A DNA stretch of 64,000 nucleotides from Sphyrna mokarran. Lineage: Eukaryota. A program made the translations under genes and the position numbers. Location of the stretch: positions 53,568,001 to 53,632,000 of the forward strand of contig JAGIQG010000013.1 in the NCBI GenBank assembly GCA_024679065.1. The letters run 5' to 3'. The first letter of the stretch is position 1. Each line of letters begins with the position of its first letter. A model generated the notes under the pieces. The model worked only from the letters and a program-made list of their open reading frames with translations. It was not told where the DNA came from and did not search any database. Below, one piece after another: positions 38,321 to 52,459 of this stretch.

Positions 38321-38560
38321 GGGGTTGGTTTAGCTCAGTTAGTTGGACAGCTGGTTCTTGGCTGGTTCCTGATGCAGATCAATGTCAACAGTGCAGGTTT
38401 AATTCCCATACGAGCTGAGGTTATTCATGAAGACTCAACCTTCTCAACTTTGCCTGAGGTGTGGTAATCCTCAGGTTGATTCACCACCAGCCAGTTTTTC
38501 CTCTTCCTCCTCATGGTCATCTGGGACTATGGCAACCTTATCTTTCCCTCCTGCTAATGG
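38321..38560 (+). mobile_element. tRNA-derived SINE (family 3)
   Basis: tRNA-like head ggttggtttagctcagtt...ggtttaattccc; second copy at 23458. Confidence 0.7.
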
Positions 38561-38829
38561 AAAGTTTCTCCTCAGTGACTCCAATTTTGAAATTATGATC
38601 CTCATACTCAAATGCAAATAGTTGCAGGTCCCAATACCAAACCTTAATGGACACCACTGTACAATTTCTTCCAGTCTGATAAACAACTATTCACAACTAC
38701 TCTCTGCTTTCTTGCTCTCAGCAGTACGAAAGATCCAGCTCGCTGCCTTGTAGGGAGATGATCAAATTGAAAGAAGATTCTTTTTGTTGAAAATGCCTTG
38801 TGTTTTTATTTTTCTTTTCTGGCCACAAA

Positions 38830-39380
38830 ACGTGCAAGTGCTGTTTATCCTCATTTTTCATTGCTCACTTACCAGGGAAGGGATAAGGTCGGGCATATGA
38901 AGGGACAGAAGGATGAGGACAGAAACCTGGAAGTAGATGCAGTGAGAAATGTGAAGCTAGTGATGTTTGTCAAGGGGAGGAGAGAAAGTTTTACACCAGT
39001 GGATTTGTCAAAGAAATTGGTTTGGAACTCGTGATGGCAAGTATTTGGGAAATCAATTTGCAAGGTATTGGAGGAGTGGATCAGGATTTAGGCATAAGCA
39101 TCAGGGATACACAAGGGCAATCTTTTCTGGTTGAAAAGTGCAATGCTGGTGACTAACCAGATATAGGGTAAGACTACCAGTTTAGTATTAACCAGAACAG
39201 TGGAGATGCACAATATCTGGTTCAAATTGGACGGGTAGCCAGGGAGATTAATCAATAAGACCCAGAAGCATTTAGGTACTGGCAGGAAACTAAGAGGAAT
39301 ATTTGATTTTGTAGACATTGAGCTCAAGGAAACATCAGCTTATCCAAAATCTGATGACTGGCAGGCATCTGTAGAATAGT
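38830..39380 (-). mobile_element. Old L2-type LINE fragment
   Basis: Purine-rich, degenerate similarity to 47690-48980. Confidence 0.45.
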
Positions 39381-40107
39381 AAAGACTTCTCATTGCATTG
39401 GAGTTAATGGCAAATATCACACAAATGAAAGACTTTATTAGATTGTTATTGTGACTTACAACAGTCAATAATCTTTGATCCTGAGAGGCACACACTCCTT
39501 TTGATAGATTTTGCCAGGCAGTAGAATCCCATAAAGCTCACTTTATCTTCTGGCTGTGGATTTTTTTGGCTTATCTGAATGCTTATGGTGCCTCCATTCA
39601 TGCACCTGGAGTCTGAATATTGACTTTGTTTTTAAACTCAGAAATCATTTGCTGTCAAAAACCAATCAATAAATTGGCAGATCTCCTATAATGAATTCCT
39701 ACTGTAACCCAATATGTTTCATAGAATGCCTGTGGGAATCACTGAACTAAAGGATAATGGCCCAGTTGAGATCATCTAATGAAGCACAAACCAAGGATTA
39801 AACCTGGAACCTTGCTGATTTGTACAGCTCACTTTCAGAACAAACAGTGGATTTATTTGAGCATTGTTTTTTACCCTTTAACCTAACCACAAAATAAATG
39901 GTTCATAATACATTTATGTTCCCAGACATGTTTGTTTAAAATGGATATTTCTCAAGATGTCTTTTAATGATAAACATGTCACAAAGTAGTGGTTTTTTTA
40001 CCAGTCCGTTATAAATCCCTTTTTTGTGCAAGCATTGCTGAGTGCCAAATTCTCTGTTCTTGCTGGCAGTTGTAGTGGGGTGTGTGAGACCAGAGAACTC
40101 CGGCCTG

Positions 40108-40425
40108 ATTTTATTCATTTGTGGGCCATGGGCATCACTAGCTAGAGCAGAATTTATTGCCCAGCCTTAATTCCCTTGGAGAAGGTGGTGGGTGAGCTGT
40201 CTTTGTGAAATGCTGCAGTCCATGTGCTGTAGGTTGAACCACATGCCATTAGGAAGGGATTTCCAGGATTTTGACCCAGTGAATGCGAAGGAATGGTGAT
40301 ATATTTCCAAGTCAAGATGGTGGATGGTTTGGAGAGGAATTTGCATCTGGTAGTGTTCCCATGTATCAAGGCCTTGTTCTTCCAAATGGAAGTGGTCATG
40401 GGTTTGGAAGGTGTTGTGTATGGAT
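40108..40425 (-). mobile_element. LINE 3' end (CR1 superfamily), tail shared with SINE family 2
   Basis: tttattgcccagcc.taatt.ccttg is the reverse complement of the SINE tail caagggca.ttagggatggg.aataaat. Confidence 0.75.
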
Positions 40426-41492
40426 CTTTAGTGAATTTCACAACTTTCCGTGTAGATTATTCCTCATCTTTGTCTCAAATGACTGGTCACTTATCCTGAG
40501 ACCATAGTTCTGGTTCTCGGCTCTCTTGCTAGATGAAACACCACTTTGTACCTACCTTGCAAGATTCTGTGAGAATTTTAACAGGAAATACTTAGAAAAA
40601 ATTGGGATCTTCAACCCTGCTTTTCGAGCAGAAATGGGATGGTGGCATAGAATGGAACCAGGCTTGCTTGCTACACAGTAGTAATTGGTTACTCATACAT
40701 AGTGCAGGCACACAGAAATAAAATACAGATATGTTTGAATTTTCAGCCTTGTAATCTAGTCCATGTTAAACCATTTCATAAGGTGTAAATTCTTACCAGT
40801 TTAATTATGTTCCTATCAAAATACTGGCGGGGGTGGGTAGTGAAACTGAAGCTCAGAAGGGACACAAAATGGACATGACTGGATTGACCACCCATTGTAT
40901 ACACACTACTGAATTTGTCAGCTCGGGTGTAGTTATTCCCATTTTAGCCAGGCCTCCAAGAGTGTCTCACACACAATTGTTGTCATCATTATTATCATAA
41001 CATAGATTGCAGCTCTTAGCTTGCATCTGTGGCTTGAAGCAAGTACTTCGGAAACCTTTTGGGGATTTCACAGACCCCAGTGGAATATAACAATGTACAT
41101 TTCCAACATTTTCATCATGAAAATAACTAGACTTCATTCTTCAGCTGTTACCTTCAGTGTGGCCAAAGCTAGAAAATGTGATTTTGATTGTATAAAAATA
41201 TTATCTCCTGTTGAGATAAACCACGAATGTGTCTGACATCATCACATCATATAATCATAATAATAGCCTCTTGGCACAGGTCTTGTAGGTCTACTGTCCT
41301 GCTCTCTCAATTATAAAATCACACATAGCAATCAGCATATCTTGATGCAGTATTTGGCTGTAATTAGCTTTGTTATTAGTCAAACTGCTAATGTTCTGAA
41401 ATTTAGAATGGAATTAACACTCTTGCTGTCCCCATTCTTTGCAATATGAGAGAGATGAAGGAGAATGAAGAGGGTCAATACATTGTACTCAC

Positions 41493-41703
41493 CAATTCTG
41501 CAATATTAAAATACTACATAGAATATTGATTACAAAACTAACCCAGGTACACTTTATTCTCTCGAGAAAAAAGATTCACCATTTCTTCAGTGATGGATCA
41601 GAAAATATTTAGGACTTCCCTCAACCACAACAAAAGTTTTCTCAAAAAAGATTAACCAGTTGCTCCAATGCTGGGCATATTCTATTAATACTCCCACTCC
41701 TTT
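41493..41703 (-). CDS. Candidate exon, 211 nt
   Basis: Consensus donor TTG|gtgagt, acceptor attccggatttag|. The +1 path reads ICPALEQLVNLFEKTFVVVEGSPKYF. Confidence 0.6.
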
Positions 41704-42949
41704 CTAAATCCGGAATGAATATATTAATTATTCTCATTACTAAAGCGTGTATGTGTGCACAGGAGGAGTATTATAGTTACTTGAGTCATCAAGGAGCAGG
41801 GAAACTAATTTTGGGGTAATGGAAGAAGTCAGTTTTCCACTGGCAGGAATTTTGTTCTCCCAACTTTAACCAGTGGGTTAAAGGCAGGTTCATATCCCAC
41901 GAAGCAATGTCAGGAATCATTTACATCTCATGAATGCTCATTAAAAAGCTAATTTGTTGAAATGATGCTCCCCTCAAAACTAGATACCTCACTGGGAGAA
42001 AACTAGAAGTGTCTGTTTCCTGACTGTATATAAGTGGTGCGTACCTGCCAAGCTTCATTTCATCCAGAACTTGGAAGTCAGTAAATGCTGCTTTAAGAAT
42101 ATTTCTGTGAGATAACAGATGCCTATTGCACAAGATATGCAAAGGCTGGGAACGGAAGTTAAGACCAGCAGGGAGAGGAAAGATGGAGGCAGGACTGAGA
42201 GGAGTGTGGAACATGATAGGGGAGGTGAGGGAGACAAAGGCAGGACTCAGGGGAAAACACAAAAGAGGAGGGAAAGGCTGAGGCTGGCCTGACGATGATT
42301 AAGGAACAAAGTGGAATAATGACACTACCCTGGGACAAAGGTTATAAGACTGTCCTAGAAGAAGTCAGAGACTATCCTGGAGCAAAGAGCTACAGGCTGT
42401 TTTTCTGCCTTGTCAATGGAGGGGGGCCATTCAGTGCAAACTGCCATTGATTGTTCATTTGTATCTGTTCACAAATGCAAGGAGGAGTGGAGAATGCAGC
42501 TTGCAGTTAATGTTGTCTTCTTGATATCTATGATGAGAAATGAGGAGACAAAGGGCCTGTCACTGATTGGCACAGCTCAGGGAAGACAACAGCCTAGGGA
42601 ACAAGAACCAGTGTGGTCCCCGAAAGTCCCAAATATGGATGAGGATGAGCCAAATCCGAAAGAAATTTAGCGTGACCACGGATTTACAGAAGATGCAATT
42701 CATATATGAAGATGAGTAAAGGACCATTGCTGATCTAGGGATTGGGAGCTCATATTTGCTACAGTCTCTGTCAGGAACTCAAGCCACATTGACTCGGAGG
42801 GCCCTCAATACAGCTCTGAAGATTAACGCTGCATTGAACCTTTTTTGCTTGAAGATTCTTTCAGGACTGCATTGGAAATATCTACAGAATCTCATGACTA
42901 GCAACATACAAATGTATAAGGGAGATAACAGATGCCCTTTTCAGTAAAG

Positions 42950-43218
42950 TTTTAAAGTTTATTAGTGTCACAAGTAGGTTTACATTAAAACTGCAATGAA
43001 GGTGAAAATCCCTAGTCACCACACTGCAGTGCCTGTTCAGATATACTGAGAGAGAATTTAGCATGGCCAATACATCTTTTTCAGACTTTGGGAGGAAACT
43101 GGAGCACCCGGAGGAAACACGTGCAGACATGGGAAGAACATGCATATTCCACAGAGTCAGTGATCCAAATCAGGAATCAAACACGATTCCCTGATGCTGT
43201 GAAACCACTTTGCCATTA
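42950..43218 (-). mobile_element. V-SINE variant
   Basis: tgggaggaaactggagcacccggaggaaac block; same variant at 51680. Confidence 0.85.
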
Positions 43219-44718
43219 TATGCAGTTCCACATGGATGAAGAAACTCGACTGCCAGAGCTATGGATTTTGCTGTGATTTCAGACTTCCCACAAAAGCAGG
43301 GCACATGAGTGATCTCCAGAGCTCCTTGGCAGCAGTCTTTGGCAATAATGGAAAAGGATTTTACTTTTTGAACAAGCAGCTCAGAGAGTTTTGTGATCAC
43401 GAAAAGCAGATTGAGCATTTTTATGCTATCTACTGAGGGAGCTCACATGACTGATTTTGAGTCACTCCTATGTGTCAGAGATATGTGACGGAGTTGGCAA
43501 TTAAGAAGTTTGGCCCCCAGAAGACATGATTATTGACTCCTGTTCATTGGCTACAGACTGTATCTGGAGAAAGGTATAATGCTGTGCACTTAGCCACAAG
43601 GTCCACAATATAGCAAATTAATGGCTCTTAAAAAGATACTTTTCAATGCTGGGACCAGTCAGATGGGGCTCTCTAATACACACCGCAAAGTAAATCCTGC
43701 ATCAGTGTTGTTTGCTACATCCAGGACAACCAAGAGCTGCAAAGGAGGGATGAGTTGCCAGAGTGAGAGACAAGGAGGAACTAGGCATCTACTTGGACGA
43801 AGGAGACTTAAAGAGAGATGAATTTGAAAAAGGTGGGCATTCAGATGAGCCACGTGAAGATGTTATTACATGAGATGCAGCACAAAAGAACTGGATGAAT
43901 AATGGAAGGAAAAAAATTGCAGAGGAATGGAGGAAGAGCAAGTTTGGAAGACTAATGAGATCACAAAGCTGATTGGCTGAATGGCTTCCTCTTGTACTGT
44001 ATAATTCTAAGATTCAGGTTTCATGACCACATACTAAACATTTCAAATAATATGCTGTCAAAAATACATGAACATAAACAACAAAAAAAAGGTTCTCAAG
44101 TTCCAAAAGGTTTACAGTGGAACAAAAATTCTCTGTCAATGGTCAAAACATGCCTTACACAACAATCTGCTTAAAATTATAAAGAAAGAAACTGCACTAT
44201 TCTGCAACTGGTAGATATTCACTAAAACAGCTGCTAATTGAGGATCTGGTTAATACAGAGACTGACAGAACATTGATACAGCTACATTCTGGGTCCTACA
44301 CTTAATGGGCCCATAGCCAGAAATTGAAACAAATCCCATACTGATTACTCTAGTGAGACCTCACACTTTGAATGTACAATTCTGGTCCATCATGGCCTAT
44401 GTGAAGCACGTAGCTGGGAGCGATGTTCTATAACAACCTGCTTGAAGAAGCATTTTATCCACCCCAGTCAACTTTTGTGTTGTGTTAATATTAATAGCAA
44501 CTGCGAGCTTTTCAGGGTTTACCATGATGTATATTTTGAAGATGAGCAAGTGAAATAGATGGCTGCACTATTAAAGCAGTTCAGCCCTGTAACCCATGTT
44601 TTATTTATTTTTGAAGAACTCATTAAAACAAAAACTCACTGACTTGTAAAAATGTTTGGTTTCAAAGCCAAGAGTCTTTAGAATAATAAAATATTTGCTG
44701 ACACCTGCTCACAGATAC

Positions 44719-44895
44719 CTCATTCTTTTCAATAGGAAAGAACCATAAAACATTAAAGATTCATTAACCACAATAATACAGTCATTGAGGATGCTTGGGC
44801 TGTTGGAGATAGCTATCACATAAAAATGACCTGTGATGATTATAGAAGGTATGCTACAAATATTTGACGGATAATATGGTATTAAATTAATCACA
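44719..44895 (-). CDS. Candidate exon (alternative donor gtgagt at 44640)
   Basis: Acceptor tatttgttttcag|. Contains ORF 44709-44894. Confidence 0.5.
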
Positions 44896-44993
44896 CTGAA
44901 AACAAATATTCTTCAGAACTACCTGACATAAGATAACTCGACTTGCAGCTGCATCTAGTGTAGAGGGAATATTCACTCGAAGATAACAGATAC

Positions 44994-45179
44994 CAAGTAT
45001 TCCACAATGTTCCAGCAACTAATTTAAACACTGGTCTATGGTACAACGTGAACTTTGCACATCACTTCGTAAAAATGGTGACTGTGTACCAGCATTGAGA
45101 AAAGGACTGAATATGAATGGAAACAACTGCAATCTTGTGTTATCCAGTTAAAATAAAATCTAAAATTTCAAGTGACGCC
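44994..45179 (-). CDS. Candidate exon, 186 nt
   Basis: Acceptor gctgtttag|, donor TTG|gtatct. RCTIDQC motif. Confidence 0.45.
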
Positions 45180-45384
45180 CTAAACAGCATTACATGTACA
45201 AATCTGATGAATTGGATTCCTTCAAATGAAGTTTCACACAGAGAGGTATGGGACTAAGTTTGCTGCCTTTACAAGTACACATGGCACTCATTAATGTCAA
45301 AAATAGATCATAGGATTAGGAAATAAATAGCTCCACTTTAAAAAGTCATGCTTATTTCAGGGAGTTTGACATCAATATATTTAC

Positions 45385-45510
45385 CTGCTAGCATTAGTGT
45401 AAGTGGCACCGGCATATTACGGGTATGAATTTCCCACGTTCATAAGTTAGTTTTAGTGATTTCAAGTAGCTGTAACAGCTGGTTTATTAAAATAATGATC
45501 CGTCAGAACA
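45385..45510 (-). CDS. Candidate exon, 126 nt
   Basis: Acceptor atatttctcactcag|, donor CAG|gtaaat. Four CpGs. Confidence 0.6.
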
Positions 45511-45872
45511 CTGAGTGAGAAATATTAATTTAGCCATGATTTAAAAATTCTGAATTCAATTCAGAAGCAATATAAAAGGAATAGAAACAGAACCAGAAAA
45601 GGGGACAAAGAAAAACATCCTGCAGTTGCAGACAATAAAAAGGAAAGAAAAAGGAGCAGCCATGTCTACACAGGGTAATGAGTAAAATAAAATGAATTTT
45701 GTCACTATTGGACATTCTTCTCTCAAACATATTTGCGTCAGAACAAATCAACACTGAAAAAGGCATGCAGTGGTGAATGCTCAAATAGTACAACTTTCTT
45801 CCATTGATAAGGAAACTGGTGTTGAGTTGTGTTTGCTGAGTTATGAAATAAGCCCAATATTCCAAAATTTAC

Positions 45873-46030
45873 CCTTGTGAATTCTTCCTGTTTGCTGTAA
45901 AATTAAACCAGATGTTCGATTTAAACAGATTGCTAATGGTTTCCGTGCCAGCTAAGATTGCAAACAGCAGTTGCTTGTCCATTAAAATTTACAATACATT
46001 TTCTTCATTGAATTTAATGCCAAATAAAAC
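45873..46030 (-). CDS. Candidate exon, 158 nt
   Basis: Acceptor aattttatatag|, donor AGG|gtaaat. Confidence 0.6.
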
Positions 46031-47689
46031 CTATATAAAATTCTGAAGCATTGCTGGCACAGGGTGGTACAATTAATTAGTAGGATAGAAACCTTTGGAT
46101 AGAAATTCGTGGATTGCATACCTTATGGTAAAATGGTGACAAGCAGTCCAATATGACATGCTGCCATTTTGGTAAATGCTCTCATACAGGAATCAGGTCT
46201 CTCAGAAGTAATTTGTTTTTGGCCCAGGATTTGTACATGTTGAAGGCCAAATGTTTGTTTGAGGTCCTTCTCCTGAAATTGAGTTGCCTAAACGTTGCCA
46301 GTACTGGCACAGCTGGCTGGTCCACAAAGGACCCATGGATGGACTATTGGAGACAGATGCAGGAATGAAGAGGAAGCATGGGTAGGGTTACACAGAAAAG
46401 ACCGGAAAATGGCACTAGGTAGATGGTTCACTTGGAGAGCTGTTGCAGACACAATGGGCCAAATAGTTCCTTCCTATGTTAATTCTGTGAATGCTCCTCT
46501 CAGATCTCAAAGCAACTTCAAAAACCGACTGGTGGCCCTGGATTGGCTCCCTCCTGATTTTACCAACCTGCAAACACTTTGAACCTCCCAAACAAAATTG
46601 AGGGAGCAGCGAGTTGCATTCTGTGCTAGGTTGGCACTCCCAGCTTACTGGCAATACGTTCATGTGATCTAAGTATCAATTTTGGTGGGCTTCAAGCCTG
46701 AATATGAACTAAAATACATTTCCATCCCCTTCTCTCATGTCAGCAACTTGAAGTGAACTTAAAATGAACTGTCTTGAACCATTACAAATGGATGAAAGGC
46801 TACTCCACAGCTCAAACATATTCATTACTCAACACCAGCTGGTACTCAACTATTAGTGTGGTTTACCAAATTGGAAATATTTCCCTTGTTCCAGAAGGAA
46901 GCAGAACTTTCATGTTGTGAAAGTAACTTTTCTCTTCATCTAATAAATGTAAATCTGGTACTACTTGTATCAAATTAAAGAAAAAGAAGCAAGTCTGTTA
47001 CTTCCAAGCATTCATTTCCATATTCGGAGCATAAACTCACTGTATCGTTACCCCACAGACATTTCAAAATAATGGACAAATCAATTTCGACTTTGTACAG
47101 TATTTATTTTTACATTTTACTGAAATAGTATTAGGAACAAAATGGAGGATAATCAAATATGGGTTTGAATTATTGGATATGTTAATTGTTGACATGAAAG
47201 ATCACAGCATTGCAGTAATGGTGTCCCTGGATATTTGAAATCAATGCACATAGCTCAGGATCATAATCACACGCCCCACATCGGACAACCTTACAAAATA
47301 GCAAAATCTACAAGATCAAATCACAATCTCTCCAGCTTTCAGTCCATTGCACAGTTCCATTGCTGTGGTTACACAGAGTCTCACCACCCTTCCTGCAAAT
47401 ATAACTTATTTATACATACATATATATTTAAAAACATCATCTTTACCTGATAGTACTACTTCTAAATCACTATCATACGCTTTAAGTCTAAGAACTGAGT
47501 TTGAAAAATTCATTGCCCCATCGAAGCTGTAATTTTCTCACCTGTCCAATATGAAACTGTATTGGGTGAAAGTTAATGAAGATGAAATTGGTCTTGGATC
47601 ACTGCGTACAAATGGCAATGGTAATTGGTTGCTTATTTTTACACCCTGCTGGATTTGCTTGTTACTTTACTGGACTGTTTTACTCAATC

Positions 47690-48980
47690 AACAACAATAA
47701 CAACTTATATTTTTATATTATCTATAATGTAGTAAAATGTCACAAGGAGCTTCACAGATGCATTATAAAACAATTCACATCACATGAGGAGATATTGGAT
47801 TATTGACTGAAGAAGCAGTTTTTAAGGAATGTCTTAAAGGAAGACAGTGATCTCGAGAGGTGGAAACATTTAGGGAGGGAATTTCAGCCTGGCTTTTTAT
47901 ATTGAAGTCATTAAAATCGAAAATGCTGAAGTGGGCAGAACTGGATGAGAGCCGAGATTTTGAAGCACTGTGAAGCAGGAGGAGGTAGAGATAGAGGGGT
48001 AAAGCATGGAGAATTTGTAAAAAAGGATGAGGGTTTTAAGATCGAGATGTTTGACTGAGCCAATTTAGGTCAGCAAGCACAAGAGTGAGAGTGAACAAAA
48101 CAAATCTCTAGCAGTGATTTGGATGAAATGAAGTTTATGGAGGATAGATTATAAAAACCAGGCTGAGTAGCCATGTCATAGGGTATCAAAGGTGCTGAGT
48201 CATGTATAAAGTAGGGCTATATTGTGGAGATGGAATATGTGGCCTTAGTAATGGTGCGAATATGAGGTTGGAAGTTCACTTTGTGGTCATATGTTACACC
48301 AAAGATGCAAACATACAGGTTAAATTTCAGAGTGTTGCCAGGAAGAGGGACAGAGTTCAGAGCTGGGGAACTGAATTTGAAACAAGGGCCAAAAATAATT
48401 GCTTTATTCTCCTCCGCATTTAATTGCAAGAAATTTCTCCAATTAATGACACAAAGTAAATTGCTCATTTGGAGAACTAGTGCAAACACAATGGGCTGAA
48501 AGGCCACCTTCTGTGCTCTGATAATTGTGTGATTCAGGACTGGATATTGGACTAACAGCCTGATAATTCAGCAACAGTGGAGATGTTAAGAGGATTGGTG
48601 GTGATCTATTGATCTTGAGAGCTAATGAGCATATCATCAATGTGCATGTGAAAATTAGTGCTGTGTTTTTGCAGAATATCAATGACGGGCAACAAGTAGA
48701 TGAGGAATTGGAGGATCCAAGGATAGATCTTTGGAGGACACCAGAAGTAACAGTATATGTGCAACTGATTCTCCATGACAATTAGATGGAATCAGGTGAG
48801 AGCAGCTCAGCCAGCTAAATGAAGGTGGGGAGGAGTTGGAAGAGAATGGTGGGACAAATGCTGCAGATGAGTTGAAAAGGGTCAGTTTGCAAAGTCTACT
48901 TTTGTCACAGTCCACAGGATGTCCTATGTGATTTTGGTAAGAGTTATGTCAGTGCTGTGGCAGAGGCAAAAAAACTGACG
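47690..48980 (-). mobile_element. L2 LINE RT/3' remnant
   Basis: VTSGVLQRSILG (GVPQGSILGP) and FGVTYDHKVNFQPHI (LGVxFDxxLxFxxHI) motifs in the ORF track. Confidence 0.8.
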
Positions 48981-49646
48981 GGAGACATTTAGATTAAGCA
49001 CTATCTCTTAATCTGCCTTGTTAAATCTGCCTTCTGCAGGACATTTTGTGTAGGGCATTCCCAGCAATTGCCAAGTTTTGTGGACCAGGCCTCTGTCTGA
49101 ATCCCTGAATGTGGGTTGAAGTAGGGAGTAAAGGCAAAAACCACAAGGAGGGGAAAAAAAACAGCAACAGCAGCAGGCAGAAGGGAGAAAGCAGAGAAAC
49201 TAGAGACTGAAGTTCAGGGCTAGTGCAGTGGGGAGCAACGGAGGAAGTTTGGTCAGCGGGGTTAGTGGAAGGAAGACATCAAGGAGGAGCTGTCTGATCA
49301 GAGTATCTACATCTTATTGGCAAAGGACATGAGCTTGTCACACTTCTCAGTGTAGATGAGGGCAGAGGACATGGACAGAAAATGGGATTTGCAGAATAGA
49401 AACTCAGGGATTATCTTAGCATTTCAGCAAGATCACTGAAGACCAATCTCATTCCCCACGTTTCCACCAAAGTTTCTGCAAGTTGCAGCGGAGTGATAAA
49501 AGCCCAGAGGAAATTCCAAGCACATAACCAATTTAGGTTCATTTAGTGGGCTGGAGAAAGGAGTGATTTTTTTTGTTATATTGGCAACTATATTCCACAC
49601 ACAGTGATCACAAGTACAATTTGCCAGAGCTGCTGACCAATTTTAC

Positions 49647-50274
49647 CATTTCTGGGGCACACTGATCAGAACAGGAGCATCACATGACAAGAGTTATGTT
49701 TCTACTTCAGTGAGCAATCTTCACTCCAACTACATTGCAGCTCAGGTCGTGACTGACTGCACATAACAACAAGCTTTTTGGATACATCTGGCACATGCTC
49801 GACTCACTTGCAGCTGATTCCTCAGGGGATGAGCAGTCCTCAACACTGACACTCACTGATGTTTTACAGTAGCTTCTAAATTGCTGGTTTCTCTCAGAAT
49901 ATACAATAAAGCGTTTCAAACAACAAGCAAGGTCAAACGATACGGGAATGGGGAGAATCTGTAAGCCTGTGAACATACTCCAAAGCTTTGAGATGCACTG
50001 AAGTACAAGAAGTTGGACTCAAACTTAACTCCCTGGGCCAGATGATTTTGTTTATCTTTACTGCTGGTAGAAATCGCTGTCTCAGATTTAAAACTGACTG
50101 ATTAGACTCTGTCGTGAATTTAGCTTTTTTAAATAAATGGGTCACGTCATGCAGGAAGCAACTCACTGAGAAATCCTGACTAATTGCTGCTGGAATTCTG
50201 AGTATGAGACAGATCTTCAAAAGTGCTTGTTGAACAGTTTGTTCTGTAAACTGCTCCTTTTCGGTAAATCAATT
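49647..50274 (-). CDS. Candidate exon, 628 nt
   Basis: Acceptor gtaattattccag|, donor ATG|gtaaaa. Holds two overlapping ORFs (95 and 89 aa) offset by +1. Confidence 0.65.
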
Positions 50275-50601
50275 CTGGAATAATTACAATAATACTTATT
50301 CACTTTAAACATGCTTCAACAAGTCTTTAAACTGGTGATACTTTTGATATCCACATCCTCCTGGGCAACTGGGGAGAGGCAAGAGATGTTGGCCTGGTTC
50401 AGTGAAGCCCACATCCTTTGAATGAATGAACAGAAAGGGAGTAGCATAGCAGAATCTTCCGAAAGGGACAGGCAGTAAATATGAATAAGTAGTGTCTAAA
50501 ATATTATCTGTTGAAGCATGAAAAATGGAATAAATCACCTGTGACACATTGTTCAACATACTTTGCTTCAGTTAATTCTGCTGTGTATTCATATTAGCTA
50601 A

Positions 50602-51609
50602 GATTCTCCCCCCAAAAAATTTTAAGTGCCGAATTTACATAAAAACTGGGGTAACTCCCTTTGTGTCTTTTTAAGCATGATTTTCAAAATGAATCTCCCA
50701 CATTCTGAGCACTGGAGAGTGCATCAGGGAGATTCACGCTGAAAATCAGTGGTTGGGATCTATTCCCACTGGAGAGGCCGGTGGCATAGCACTGAGTGGG
50801 CCACTGCGCATGCACCGATCTGACAGAGCGGAGATCAGCGCATGCACAGTAGCCCCACACTGCCAGCCTCCTGATCATTGGCCAACCCCACAACTCCCCA
50901 TCGCTGCCTACTGATGCCCCTGCCTCCCAATTGCTGGCCTCCTGATGATCTCCGCACCCCCCCCCCCCAGTAATCCCGATCTCCCAATACCCTCCACCTG
51001 GCATTTCTGATCTCCCCGACACCCACGTCCTGACCCAGTTCCTTCCTCCCCCATGCCCCGGCAACCCTGACCCTCCCCAACAACCATCTCCATCCCACCC
51101 CAATGGCCAGCTCTGATCAGTCTTCCCTCTATCATTGATCCCGACTGCAGAGTGATAGTGAGACCCAACTGATCTCCCCCACAGCTCATGCCCATCTGAC
51201 CCTGCCCAATGCCCAGTGGGCAGTGACTCTTTGCCCTTTGGACAGTGCTAGGTCCAGATTAGCAATGCCCAGGGAGCATCCATCCTTACCCTAAACATTT
51301 GGTGGGCCTCCATGGTCCCTCCTTCAATCCAGTGGGGTCAGCATTGGTGTTGAGCTGTTGCAAGCCCCGCTGGAGTGAAATTCCCTGACTGGATTGGGGG
51401 AGGCTAGATGGGTTCAGAGACTTTAGTTTCGGACCTGCTAATGATATTAAAATTAGAATTTTAAAATGGATATCAGCTCCGTGCCGATTTCCAGGCCCTG
51501 AAGATCCGCAGAGACTGTGATGCCCAGCAGGGATCCCATTAAATGGTCTCAGCTGATGCGTCCCGGCCAGCTGTATTGCTAGAGCGGTGCAGCAGGCTGG
51601 GAGAATCGT
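50602..51609. mobile_element. About 1 kb GC-rich non-autonomous DNA element with short TIRs
   Basis: Begins gattctccc, ends gggagaatc; internal palindrome tgcgcatgc...gcgcatgca. Confidence 0.6.
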
Positions 51610-51659
51610 CCCTAGCTCCAGTGTTTCCTCAATAGCAGTTTAACTTTAAGATTATTCAA

Positions 51660-51920
51660 GTTTTATTTAGGGATGCCAAAAGTAGGTTTACATTAACACT
51701 GCCATGAAGTTATGGTGAAGATTCCCTTGTTGCCATACTCTGGTGCCTGTCGAGTACACTGAGGGAGAACGTGGCCAATGCACCTAACGAGCAGTTTTTC
51801 GGACTGTGGGAGGAAACCGGAGCACCCAGTGGAAACTCACACAGACATGGGGAGAACGTGCAAACTGGCACAAACAGGCATCGATGTCAGGAATCGAACT
51901 CATGCCGCTGTGAGGCAGCT
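51660..51920 (-). mobile_element. V-SINE variant
   Basis: ggactgtgggaggaaaccggagcacc block. Confidence 0.85.
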
Positions 51921-52459
51921 GAACAATCATATGATATTAGTGATGCCATCATCAGCCATTTGTGCAGGTAACCGGCCAGTTTATCTTGGTGTTAACATCC
52001 TTTCAATAAAGTTCTTTGTTTGGTTGAACCTTTGAGGCTTGCAGTCCACCTTTGAAAACTCCAACAAATTCAACGCTGCTCGCCAAATGAATAAGCTGCA
52101 CTTATTTCCCTCTGTATCATTTTAAGCAGAAATTACAGCAAAATGTGCATTGATTTTAAAGAGAAACTTGATCCCGCTACTCAGCAAATCCCATACTTCC
52201 AGAAGAAAAGCTTCCTTTTCCCAAATGTTAATGCAATATAAATGACCAATTCACATTCACAGAAGTTGTGGAAATGTACTAAATACAAATCAAAGAGAAA
52301 AAGAAAAAAAAGACTCTCCATAGACTTGTGCATTTCCAGCATTTTGTTTTGTTCTTCATCCTGATTTTCAGTGTTCACCAAGGGGTGTTTTTGTGTTCAG
52401 TTTGTAGACAGACTGCCTTCCATAGCTCCCCCAGTGCAAAGACAGTTATCAGCACATAC

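Noticed and set aside
50684-51195. Gly-rich ORFs of 87-139 aa
   Set aside because: They arise from the G-rich strand of a non-coding TIR repeat.
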